Positions 1 through 13,205 of a stretch of 64,000 nt of DNA are shown here, piece after piece. A model generated the notes under the pieces. That model saw only the letters and a list, made by a program, of their open reading frames with translations, was not told the DNA's origin and made no database searches. Location: NCBI GenBank assembly GCA_964016885.1, contig OZ024744.1, forward strand, positions 136,338,001 to 136,402,000, in the 5' to 3' direction. The position numbers were made by a program, and so were the translations under genes. This DNA comes from Eledone cirrhosa. Its lineage: Eukaryota. Position 1 is the stretch's first letter; each line of letters opens with the position of its first letter.

Positions 1-3000
1 TGTGATGTGTTGAGAGAGAAACTGTGTCTGAGAGGGATAGAATGTAGTGTGCGAGAGGGGAGACTGAGGTGGTATGGACATGTGATGTGTTGAGAGAGAA
101 ACTGTGTCTGAGAGGGATAGAATGAAGTGTGCGAGAGAGGAGACAGGTGGTATGGACATGTGATGAGTTGAGAGAGAAACTGTGTCTGAGAGGGATAGAA
201 TGTAGTGTGAGAGAGAGGAGACTGAGGTGGTATGGACATGTGATGTGTTGAGAGAGAAACTGTGTCTGAGAGGGATAGAATGAAGTGTGCGAGAGAGGAG
301 ACAGGTGGTATGGACATGTGATGAGTTGAGAGAGAAACTGTGTCTGAGAGGGATAGAATGTAGTGTGAGAGAGAGGAGACTGAGGTGGTATGGACATGTG
401 ATGTGTTGAGAGAGAAACTGTGTCTGAGAGTGATAGAATGTAGTGTGTGAGAGAGGAGACTTAGGTAGTATGGACATGTGATGAGTTGAGAGAGAAACTG
501 TGTCTGAGAGGGATAAAATGTAGTGTGAGAGAGAGGAGACTGAGGTGGTATGGACATGTGATGAGTTGAGAGAGAAACTGCTTCTGAGAGGGATAGAATG
601 TAGTGTGCGAGAGAGGAGACTGAGGTGGTATGGACATGTGATGTGTTGAGAGAGAAACTGTGTCTGAGAGGGATAGAATGAAGTGTGCGAGAGAGGAGAC
701 AGGTGGTATGGACATGTGATGAGTTGAGAGAGAAACTGTGTCTGAGAGGGATAGAATGTAGTCTGTGAGAGAGGGGACTGAGGTGGTATGGACATGTGAT
801 GTGTTGAGAGAGAAACTGTGTCTGAGAGGGATATAATGTAGTGTGCGAGAGAGGAGACTGAGGTGGTATGGACATGTGATGTGTTGAGAGAGAAACTGTG
901 TCTGAGAGGGATAGAATGTAGTGTGCGAGAGAGGAGACTGAGGTGGTATGGACATGTGATGTGTTGAGAGAGAAACTGTGTCTGAGAGGGATAGAATGTA
1001 GTGTGCGAGAGAGGAGACTGAGGTGGTATGGACATGTGATGAGTTGAGAGAGAAACTGTGTCTGAGAGGGATAGAATGTAGTGTAAGAGAGAGGAGACTG
1101 AGGTAGTATGGACATGTGATGGGTTGAGAGAGAAACTGTGTCTGAGAGGGATAGAATGTAGTGTGCGAGAGAGGAGACTGAGGTGGTATGGACATGTGAT
1201 GTGTTGAGAGAGAAACTGTGTCTGAGAGGGATAGAATGTAGTGTGCGAGAGAGGAGACTGAGGTGGTATGGACATGTGATGAGTTGAGAGAGAAACTGTG
1301 TCTGAGAGGGATAGAATGTAGTGTAAGAGAGAGGAGACTGAGGTAGTATGGACATGTGATGAGTTGAGAGAGAAACTGTGTCTGAGAGGGATAGAATGTA
1401 GTGTGCGAGAGAGGAGACTGAGATGGTATGGACATGTGATGTGTTGAGAGAGAAACTGTGTCTGAGAGGGATAGAATGTAGTGTGCGAGAGAGGAGACTG
1501 AGGTGGTATGGACATGTGATGACTTGAGAGAGAAACTGTCTGACAGGGATAGAATGTAGTGTGCGAGAGGGGAGACTGAGGTAGTATAGACATGTGATGA
1601 ATTGAGAGAGAAACTGTGTCTGAGAGGGATAGAATGTAGTGTGCGAAAGAGGAGACTGAGGTGGTATGGACATGTGATGAGTTGAGAGAGAAACTGTGTC
1701 TGAGAGAGATAGAATGTAGTGTGTGAGAGAGGAGACTGAGGTGGTATGGACATGTGATGTGTTGAGAGAGAAACTGTGTCTGAGAGTGATAGAATGTAGT
1801 GTAAGAGAGAGGAGACTGAGGTGGTATGGACATGTGATGAGTTGAGAGAGAAACTGTGTCTGAGAGGGATAGAATATAGTGTGCGAGAGGAGGAGACTGA
1901 GGTGGTATGGACATGTGATGTGTTGAGAGAGAAACTGTGTCCGAGAGTGATAGAATGTAGTGTAAGAGAGAGGAGACTGAGGTGGTATGGACATGTGATG
2001 AGTTGAGAGAGAAACTGTGTCTGATAGGGATAGAATATAGTGTGCGAGAGGAGGAGACTGAGGTGGTATGGACATGTGATGTGTTGAGAGAGAAACTGTC
2101 TGAGAGGGATAGAATGTAGTGTGTGAGAGAAGAGACTGAGGTGGTATGGACATGTGATGTGTTGAGAGAGAAACTGTGTCTGAGAGGGATAGAATGTAGT
2201 GTGCGAGAGAGGAGACTGAGGTGGTATGTACATGTGATGACTTGAGAGAGAAACTGTGTCTGAGAGAGATAGAATGTAGTGTACGAGAGAGGAGACTGAG
2301 GTGGTATGTACATGTGATGAATTGAGAGAGAAACTGTGTCTGAGAGAGATAGAATGTAGTGTGCGAGAGAGGAGACTGAGGTGGTATGGACATGTGATGT
2401 GTTGAGAGAGAAACTGTGTCTGAGAGGGATAGAATGTAGTGTACGGGAGAGGAGACAGGTGGTATAGACATGTGATGAGTTGAAAGAGAAACTGTGTCTG
2501 AGAGGGATAGAATGTAGTGTGCGAGAGAGGAGACTGAGGTGGTATGAACATGTGATGAGTTGAAAGAGAAACTGTGTCTGAGAGGGATAGAATGTAGTGT
2601 GTGAGAGAGGAGACAGGTGGTATGGACATGTGATGAGTTGAGAGAGAAACTCTGTCTGAGAGGGATAGAATGTAGTGTGCGAGAGAGGAGACTGAGGTGG
2701 TATGAACATGTGATGAGTTGAAAGAGAAACTGTGTCTGAGAGGGATAGAATGTAGTGTGTGAGAGAGGAGACAGGTGGTATGGACATGTGATGAGTTGAG
2801 AGAGAAACTGTGTCTGAGCGGGATAGAATGTAGTGTGCGAGAGAGGAGACTGAGGTGGTATGGACATGTGATGAGTTGAGAGAGAAACTGTGTCTGAGAG
2901 GGATAGAATGTAGTGTGCGAGAGAGGAGACGGAGGTGGTATGGACATGTGATGAGTTGAGAGAGAAACTGTGTCTGAGAGGGATAGAATGTAGTGTACGG

Positions 3001-6000
3001 GAGAGGAGACAGGTGGTATGAACATGTGATGAGTTGAGAAACTGTGTCTGAGAGGGATAGAATGTAGTGTGCGAGAGAGGAGACTGAGGTGGTATGGACA
3101 TGTGATGACTTGAGAGAGAAACTGTGTCTGAGAGAGATAGAATGTAGTGTGTGAGAGAGGAGACTGAGGTGGTATGGACATGTGATGTGTTGTGAGAGAA
3201 ACTGTGTCTGAGAGAGATAGAATGTAGTGTGTGAGAGGGGAGACTGAGGTGGTATAGACATGTGATGAGTTGAGAGAGAAACTGTGACTGAGAGGGATAG
3301 AATGTGGTGTGCGAGAGAGGAGACTGAGGTGGTATGGACATCTGATGTGTTGAGAGAGAAACCGTGTCTGAGAGGGATAGAATGTAGTGTGCGAGAGAGG
3401 AGACTGAGGTGCTATGGACATGTGATGTGTCGAGAGAGAAACTGTGTCTGAGAGGGATATAATGTAGTGTGCGAGAGAGGAGACTGAGGTGGTATGGACA
3501 TGTGATGTGTTGAGAGAGAAACTGTGTCTGAGAGGGATATAATGTAGTGTGCGAGAGAGGAGACTGAGGTGGTATGGACATGTGATGTGTTGAGAGAGAA
3601 ACTGTGTCTGAGAGGGATAGAATGTAGTGTGCGAGAGAGGAGACTGAGGTGGTATGGACATGTGATGAGTTGAGAGAGAAACTGTCTGAGAGGGATAGAA
3701 TGTAGTGTGCGAGAGAGGAGACTGAGGTGGTATGGACATGTGATGTGTTGAGAGAGAAACTGTGTCTGAGAAGGATAGAATGTAGTGTGCGAGAGAGGAG
3801 ACTGAGGTGGTATGGACATGTGATGACTTGAGAGAGAAACTGTCTGAGAGGGATAGAATGTAGTGTGCGAGAGGGGAGACTGAGGTAGTATAGACATGTG
3901 ATGAATTGAGAGAGAAACTGTGTCTGAGAGGGATAGAATGTAGTGTACGGGAGAGGAGACTGAGGTGGTATGAACATGTGATGAGTTGAGAGAGAAACTG
4001 TGTCTGAGAGGGATAGAATGTAGTGTGCGAGAGAGGAGACTGAGGTGGTATGGACATGTGATGAGTTGAGAGAGAAACTGTGTCTGAGAGAGATAGAATG
4101 TAGTGTGTGAGAGGAGAGACTGAGGTGGTATGGACATGTGATGAGTTGAGAGAGAAACTGTGTCTGAGAGGGATAGAATGTAGTGTACGGGAGAGGAGAC
4201 AGGTGGTATGAACATGTGATGAGTTGAGAAACTGTGTCTGAGAGGGATAGAATGTAGTGTGCGAGAGAGGAGACTGAGGTGGTATGGACATGTGATGACT
4301 TGAGAGAGAAACTGTGTCTGAGAGAGATAGAATGTAGTGTGTGAGAGAGGAGACTGAGGTGGTATGGACATGTGATGTGTTGTGAGAGAAACTGTGTCTG
4401 AGAGAGATAGAATGTAGTGTGTGAGAGGGGAGACTGAGGTGGTATAGACATGTGATGAGTTGAGAGAGAAACTGTGACTGAGAGGGATAGAATGTGGTGT
4501 GCGAGAGAGGAGACTGAGGTGGTATGGACATGTGATGTGTTGAGAGAGAAACCGTGTCTGAGAGGGATAGAATGTAGTGTGCGAGAGAGGAGACTGAGGT
4601 GCTATGGACATGTGATGTGTCGAGAGAGAAACTGTGTCTGAGAGGGATATAATGTAGTGTGCGAGAGAGGAGACTGAGGTGGTATGGACATGTGATGTGT
4701 TGAGAGAGAAACTGTGTCTGAGAGGGATATAATGTAGTGTGCGAGAGAGGAGACTGAGGTGGTATGGACATGTGATGTGTTGAGAGAGAAACTGTGTCTG
4801 AGAGGGATAGAATGTAGTGTGCGAGAGAGGAGACTGAGGTGGTATGGACATGTGATGAGTTGAGAGAGAAACTGTCTGAGAGGGATAGAATGTAGTGTGC
4901 GAGAGAGGAGACTGAGGTGGTATGGACATGTGATGTGTTGAGAGAGAAACTGTGTCTGAGAAGGATAGAATGTAGTGTGCGAGAGAGGAGACTGAGGTGG
5001 TATGGACATGTGATGAGTTGAGAGAGAAACTGTCTGAGAGGGATAGAATGTAGTGTGCGAGAGAGGAGACTGAGCTGGTATGGACATGTGAAGTGTTGAG
5101 AGAGAAACTGTGTCTGAGAGAGATAGAATGAAGTGTGCGAGAGAGGAGACAGGTGGTATGGACATGTGATGACTTGAGAGAGAAACTGTCTGAGAGGGAT
5201 AGAATGTAGTGTGCGAGAGGGGAGACTGAGGTAGTATAGACATGTGATGAATTGAGAGAGAAACTGTGTCTGAGAGGGATAGAATGTAGTGTACGGGAGA
5301 GGAGACAGGTGGTATGAACATGTGATGAGTTGAGAGAGAAACTGTGTCTGAGAGGGATAGAATGTAGTGTGCGAGAGAGGAGACTGAGGTGGTATGGACA
5401 TGTGATGAGTTGAGAGAGAAACTGTGTCTGAGAGAGATAGAATGTAGTGTGTGAGAGAGGAGACTGAGGTGGTGTGGACATGTGATGTGTTGAGAGAGAA
5501 ACTGTGTCTGAGAGAGATAGAATGTAGTGTGTGAGAGGGGAGACTGAGATGGTATGGACATGTGATGAGTTGAGAGAGAAACTGTCTGAGAGGGATAGAA
5601 TGTAGTGTGCGAGAGAGGAGACTGAGGTGGTATGGACATGTGAAGTGTTGAGAGAGACACTGTGTCTGAGAGAGATAGAATGTAGTGTGTGAGAGAGGAG
5701 ACTGAGGTGGTATGGACATGTGATGTGTTGTGAGAGAAACTGTGTCTGAGAGAGATAGAATGTAGTGTGTGAGAGGGGAGACTGAGGTGGTATAGACATG
5801 TGATGAGTTGAGAGAGAAACTGTGACTGAGAGGGATAGAATGTGGTGTGCGAGAGAGGAGACTGAGGTGGTATGGACATGTGATGTGTTGAGAGAGAAAC
5901 CGTGTCTGAGAGGGATAGAATGTAGTGTGCGAGAGAGGAGACTGAGGTGCTATGGACATGTGATGTGTCGAGAGAGAAACTGTGTCTGAGAGGGATATAA

Positions 6001-9000
6001 TGTAGTGTGCGAGAGAGGAGACTGAGGTGGTATGGACATGTGATGTGTTGAGAGAGAAACTGTGTCTGAGAGGGATATAATGTAGTGTGCGAGAGAGGAG
6101 ACTGAGGTGGTATGGACATGTGATGTGTTGAGAGAGAAACTGTGTCTGAGAGGGATAGAATGTAGTGTGCGAGAGAGGAGACTGAGGTGGTATGGACATG
6201 TGATGAGTTGAGAGAGAAACTGTCTGAGAGGGATAGAATGTAGTGTGCGAGAGAGGAGACTGAGGTGGTATGTACATGTGATGACTTGAGAGAGAAACTG
6301 TGTCTGAGAGAGATAGAATGTAGTGTACGAGAGAGGAGACTGAGGTGGTATGTACATGTGATGAATTGAGAGAGAAACTGTGTCTGAGAGAGATAGAATG
6401 TAGTGTGCGAGAGAGGAGACTGAGGTGGTATGGACATGTGATGTGTTGAGAGAGAAACTGTGTCTGAGAGGGATAGAATGTAGTGTACGGGAGAGGAGAC
6501 AGGTGGTATGGACATGTGATGAGTTGAAAGAGAAACTGTGTCTGAGAGGGATAGAATGTAGTGTGCGAGAGAGGAGACTGAGGTGGTATGAACATGTGAT
6601 GAGTTGAGAGAGAAACTGTGTCTGAGAGGGATAGAATGTAGTGTGCGAGAGAGGAGACGGAGGTGGTATGGACATGTGATGAGTTGAGAGAGAAACTGTG
6701 TCTGAGAGGGATAGAATGTAGTGTACGGGAGAGGAGACAGGTGGTATGAACATGTGATGAGTTGAGAAACTGTGTCTGAGAGGGATAGAATGTAGTGTGC
6801 GAGAGAGGAGACTGAGGTGGTATGGACATGTGATGACTTGAGAGAGAAACTGTGTCTGAGAGAGATAGAATGTAGTGTGTGAGAGAGGAGACTGAGGTGG
6901 TATGGACATGTGATGTGTTGTGAGAGAAACTGTGTCTGAGAGAGATAGAATGTAGTGTGTGAGAGGGGAGACTGAGGTGGTATAGACATGTGATGAGTTG
7001 AGAGAGAAACTGTGACTGAGAGGGATAGAATGTGGTGTGCGAGAGAGGAGACTGAGGTGGTATGGACATGTGATGTGTTGAGAGAGAAACCGTGTCTGAG
7101 AGGGATAGAATGTAGTGTGCGAGAGAGGAGACTGAGGTGCTATGGACATGTGATGTGTCGAGAGAGAAACTGTGTCTGAGAGGGATATAATGTAGTGTGC
7201 AAGAGAGGAGACTGAGGTGGTATGGACATGTGATGTGTTGAGAGAGAAACTGTGTCTGAGAGGGATATAATGTAGTGTGCGAGAGAGGAGACTGAGGTGG
7301 TATGGACATGTGATGTGTTGAGAGAGAAACTGTGTCTGAGAGGGATAGAATGTAGTGTAAGAGAGAGGAGACTGAGGTAGTATGGACATGTGATGAGTTG
7401 AGAGAGAAACTGTGTCTGAGAGGGATAGAATGTAGTGTGCGAGAGAGGAGACTGAGATGGTATGGACATGTGATGTGTTGAGAGAGAAACTGTGTCTGAG
7501 AGGGATAGAATGTAGTGTGCGAGAGAGGAGACTGAGGTGGTATGGACATGTGATGACTTGAGAGAGAAAATGTCTGACAGGGATAGAATGTAGTGTGCGA
7601 GAGGGGAGACTGAGGTAGTATAGACATGTGATGAATTGAGAGAGAAACTGTGTCTGAGAGGGATAGAATGTAGTGTGCGAAAGAGGAGACTGAGGTGGTA
7701 TGGACATGTGATGAGTTGAGAGAGAAACTGTGTCTGAGAGAGATAGAATGTAGTGTGTGAGAGGGGAGACTGAGGTGGTATGGACATGTGATGAGTTGAG
7801 AGAGAAACTGTCTGAGAGGGATAGAATGTAGTGTGCGAGAGAGGAGACTGAGGTGGTATGGACATGTGAAGTGTTGAGAGAGAAACTGTGTCTGAGAGTG
7901 ATAGAATGTAGTGTGCGAGAGAGGAGACTGAGGTGGTATGGACATGTGATGAGTTGAGAGAGAAACTGTGTCTGAGAGGGATAGAATATAGTGTGCGAGA
8001 GGAGGAGACTGAGGTGGTATGGACATGTGATGTGTTGAGAGAGAAACTGTGTCCGAGAGTGATAGAATGTAGTGTAAGAGAGAGGAGACTGAGGTGGTAT
8101 GGACATGTGATGAGTTGAGAGAGAAACTGTGTCTGATAGGGATAGAATATAGTGTGCGAGAGGAGGAGACTGAGGTGGTATGGACATGTGATGTGTTGAG
8201 AGAGAAACTGTCTGAGAGGGATAGAATGTAGTGTGTGAGAGAAGAGACTGAGGTGGTATGGACATGTGATGTGTTGAGAGAGAAACTGTGTCTGAGAGGG
8301 ATAGAATGTAGTGTGCGAGAGAGGAGACTGAGGTGGTATGTACATGTGATGACTTGAGAGAGAAACTGTGTCTGAGAGAGATAGAATGTAGTGTACGAGA
8401 GAGGAGACTGAGGTGGTATGTACATGTGATGAATTGAGAGAGAAACTGTGTCTGAGAGAGATAGAATGTAGTGTGCGAGAGAGGAGACTGAGGTGGTACG
8501 GACATGTGATGTGTTGAGAGAGAAACTGTGTCTGAGAGGGATAGAATGTAGTGTACGGGAGAGGAGACAGGTGGTATGGACATGTGATGAGTTGAAAGAG
8601 AAACTGTGTCTGAGAGGGATAGAATGTAGTGTGCGAGAGAGGAGACTGAGGTGGTATGAACATGTGATGAGTTGAAAGAGAAACTGTGTCTGAGAGGGAT
8701 AGAATGTAGTGTGTGAGAGAGGAGACAGGTGGTATGGACATGTGATGAGTTGAGAGAGAAACTGTGTCTGAGCGGGATAGAATGTAGTGTACGGGAGAGG
8801 AGACAGGTGGTATGAACATGTGATGAGTTGAGAAACTGTGTCTGAGAGGGATAGAATGTAGTGTGCGAGAGAGGAGACTGAGGTGGTATGGACATGTGAT
8901 GACTTGAGAGAGAAACTGTGTCTGAGAGAGATAGAATGTAGTGTGTGAGAGAGGAGACTGAGGTGGTATGGACATGTGATGTGTTGTGAGAGAAACTGTG

Positions 9001-12000
9001 TCTGAGAGAGATAGAATGTAGTGTGTGAGAGGGGAGACTGAGGTGGTATAGACATGTGATGAGTTGAGAGAGAAACTGTGACTGAGAGGGATAGAATGTG
9101 GTGTGCGAGAGAGGAGACTGAGGTGGTATGGACATGTGATGTGTTGAGAGAGAAACCGTGTCTGAGAGGGATAGAATGTAGTGTGCGAGAGAGGAGACTG
9201 AGGTGCTATGGACATGTGATGTGTCGAGAGAGAAACTGTGTCTGAGAGGGATATAATGTAGTGTGCGAGAGAGGAGACTGAGGTGGTATGGACATGTGAT
9301 GTGTTGAGAGAGAAACTGTGTCTGAGAGGGATATAATGTAGTGTGCGAGAGAGGAGACTGAGGTGGTATGGACATGTGATGTGTTGAGAGAGAAACTGTG
9401 TCTGAGAGGGATAGAATGTAGTGTGCGAGAGAGGAGACTGAGGTGGTATGGACATGTGATGAGTTGAGAGAGAAACTGTCTGAGAGGGATAGAATGTAGT
9501 GTGCGAGAGAGGAGACTGAGGTGGTATGGACATGTGATGTGTTGAGAGAGAAACTGTGTCTGAGAAGGATAGAATGTAGTGTGCGAGAGAGGAGACTGAG
9601 GTGGTATGGACATGTGATGACTTGAGAGAGAAACTGTCTGAGAGGGATAGAATGTAGTGTGCGAGAGGGGAGACTGAGGTAGTATAGACATGTGATGAAT
9701 TGAGAGAGAAACTGTGTCTGAGAGGGATAGAATGTAGTGTACGGGAGAGGAGACTGAGGTGGTATGAACATGTGATGAGTTGAGAGAGAAACTGTGTCTG
9801 AGAGGGATAGAATGTAGTGTGCGAGAGAGGAGACTGAGGTGGTATGGACATGTGATGAGTTGAGAGAGAAACTGTGTCTGAGAGAGATAGAATGTAGTGT
9901 GTGAGAGGAGAGACTGAGGTGGTATGGACATGTGATGAGTTGAGAGAGAAACTGTCTGAGAGGGATAGAATGTAGTGTGCGAGAGAGGAGACTGAGGTGG
10001 TATGGACATGTGAAGTGTTGAGAGAGAAACTGTGTCTGAGAGAGATAGAATGAAGTGTGCGAGAGAGGAGACAGGTGGTATGGACATGTGATGAGTTGAG
10101 AGAGAAACTGTGTCTGAGAGGGATAGAATGTAGTCTGTGAGAGAGGGGACTGAGGTGGTATGGACATGTGATGTGTTGAGAGAGAAACTGTGTCTGAGAG
10201 GGATATAATGTAGTGTGCGAGAGAGGAGACTGAGGTGGTATGGACATGTGATGTGTTGAGAGAGAAACTGTGTCTGAGAGGGATAGAATGTAGTGTGCGA
10301 GAGAGGAGACTGAGGTGGTATGGACATGTGATGAGTTGAGAGAGAAACTGTGTCTGAGAGGGATAGAATGTAGTGTAAGAGAGAGGAGACTGAGGTAGTA
10401 TGGACATGTGATGAGTTGAGAGAGAAACTGTGTCTGAGAGGGATAGAATGTAGTGTACGAGAGAGGAGACTGAGGTGGTATGTACATGTGATGAATTGAG
10501 AGAGAAACTGTGTCTGAGAGAGATAGAATGTAGTGTGCGAGAGAGGAGACTGAGGTGGTATGTACATGTGATGACTTGAGAGAGAAACTGTGTCTGAGAG
10601 AGATAGAATGTAGTGTACGAGAGAGGAGACTGAGGTGGTATGTACATGTGATGAATTGAGAGAGAAACTGTGTCTGAGAGAGATAGAATGTAGTGTGCGA
10701 GAGAGGAGACTGAGGTGGTATGGACATGTGATGTGTTGAGAGAGAAACTGTGTCTGAGAGGGATAGAATGTAGTGTACGGGAGAGGAGACAGGTGGTATG
10801 GACATGTGATGAGTTGAAAGAGAAACTGTGTCTGAGAGGGATAGAATGTAGTGTGCGAGAGAGGAGACTGAGGTGGTATGAACATGTGATGAGTTGAGAG
10901 AGAAACTGTGTCTGAGAGGGATAGAATGTAGTGTGCGAGAGAGGAGACGGAGGTGGTATGGACATGTGATGAGTTGAGAGAGAAACTGTGTCTGAGAGGG
11001 ATATAATGTAGTGTGCGAGAGAGGAGACTGAGGTGGTATGGACATGTGATGTGTTGAGAGAGAAACTGTGTCTGAGAGGGATAGAATGTAGTGTGCGAGA
11101 GAGGAGACTGAGGTGGTATGGACATGTGATGAGTTGAGAGAGAAACTGTCTGAGAGGGATAGAATGTAGTGTGCGAGAGAGGAGACTGAGGTGGTATGTA
11201 CATGTGATGACTTGAGAGAGAAACTGTGTCTGAGAGAGATAGAATGTAGTGTACGAGAGAGGAGACTGAGGTGGTATGTACATGTGATGAATTGAGAGAG
11301 AAACTGTGTCTGAGAGAGATAGAATGTAGTGTGCGAGAGAGGAGACTGAGGTGGTATGGACATGTGATGTGTTGAGAGAGAAACTGTGTCTGAGAGGGAT
11401 AGAATGTAGTGTACGGGAGAGGAGACAGGTGGTATGGACATGTGATGAGTTGAAAGAGAAACTGTGTCTGAGAGGGATAGAATGTAGTGTGCGAGAGAGG
11501 AGACTGAGGTGGTATGAACATGTGATGAGTTGAGAGAGAAACTGTGTCTGAGAGGGATAGAATGTAGTGTGCGAGAGAGGAGACGGAGGTGGTATGGACA
11601 TGTGATGAGTTGAGAGAGAAACTGTGTCTGAGAGGGATAGAATGTAGTGTACGGGAGAGGAGACAGGTGGTATGAACATGTGATGAGTTGAGAAACTGTG
11701 TCTGAGAGGGATAGAATGTAGTGTGCGAGAGAGGAGACTGAGGTGGTATGGACATGTGATGACTTGAGAGAGAAACTGTGTCTGAGAGAGATAGAATGTA
11801 GTGTGTGAGAGAGGAGACTGAGGTGGTATGGACATGTGATGTGTTGTGAGAGAAACTGTGTCTGAGAGAGATAGAATGTAGTGTGTGAGAGGGGAGACTG
11901 AGGTGGTATAGACATGTGATGAGTTGAGAGAGAAACTGTGACTGAGAGGGATAGAATGTGGTGTGCGAGAGAGGAGACTGAGGTGGTATGGACATGTGAT

Positions 12001-13205
12001 GTGTTGAGAGAGAAACCGTGTCTGAGAGGGATAGAATGTAGTGTGCGAGAGAGGAGACTGAGGTGCTATGGACATGTGATGTGTCGAGAGAGAAACTGTG
12101 TCTGAGAGGGATATAATGTAGTGTGCAAGAGAGGAGACTGAGGTGGTATGGACATGTGATGTGTTGAGAGAGAAACTGTGTCTGAGAGGGATATAATGTA
12201 GTGTGCGAGAGAGGAGACTGAGGTGGTATGGACATGTGATGTGTTGAGAGAGAAACTGTGTCTGAGAGGGATAGAATGTAGTGTAAGAGAGAGGAGACTG
12301 AGGTAGTATGGACATGTGATGAGTTGAGAGAGAAACTGTGTCTGAGAGGGATAGAATGTAGTGTGCGAGAGAGGAGACTGAGATGGTATGGACATGTGAT
12401 GTGTTGAGAGAGAAACTGTGTCTGAGAGGGATAGAATGTAGTGTGCGAGAGAGGAGACTGAGGTGGTATGGACATGTGATGACTTGAGAGAGAAAATGTC
12501 TGAGAGGGATAGAATGTAGTGTAAGAGAGAGGAGACTGAGGTAGTATGGACATGTGATGAGTTGAGAGAGAAACTGTGTCTGAGAGGGATAGAATATAGT
12601 GTGCGAGAGGAGGAGACTGAGGTGGTATGGACATGTGATGTGTTGAGAGAGAAACTGTGTCCGAGAGTGATAGAATGTAGTGTAAGAGAGAGGAGACTGA
12701 GGTGGTATGGACATGTGATGAGTTGAGAGAGAAACTGTGTCTGATAGGGATAGAATATAGTGTGCGAGAGGAGGAGACTGAGGTGGTATGGACATGTGAT
12801 GTGTTGAGAGAGAAACTGTCTGAGAGGGATAGAATGTAGTGTGTGAGAGAAGAGACTGAGGTGGTATGGACATGTGATGTGTTGAGAGAGAAACTGTGTC
12901 TGAGAGGGATAGAATGTAGTGTGCGAGAGAGGAGACTGAGGTGGTATGTACATGTGATGACTTGAGAGAGAAACTGTGTCTGAGAGAGATAGAATGTAGT
13001 GTACGAGAGAGGAGACTGAGGTGGTATGTACATGTGATGAATTGAGAGAGAAACTGTGTCTGAGAGAGATAGAATGTAGTGTGCGAGAGAGGAGACTGAG
13101 GTGGTACGGACATGTGATGTGTTGAGAGAGAAACTGTGTCTGAGAGGGATAGAATGTAGTGTACGGGAGAGGAGACAGGTGGTATGGACATGTGATGAGT
13201 TGAAA

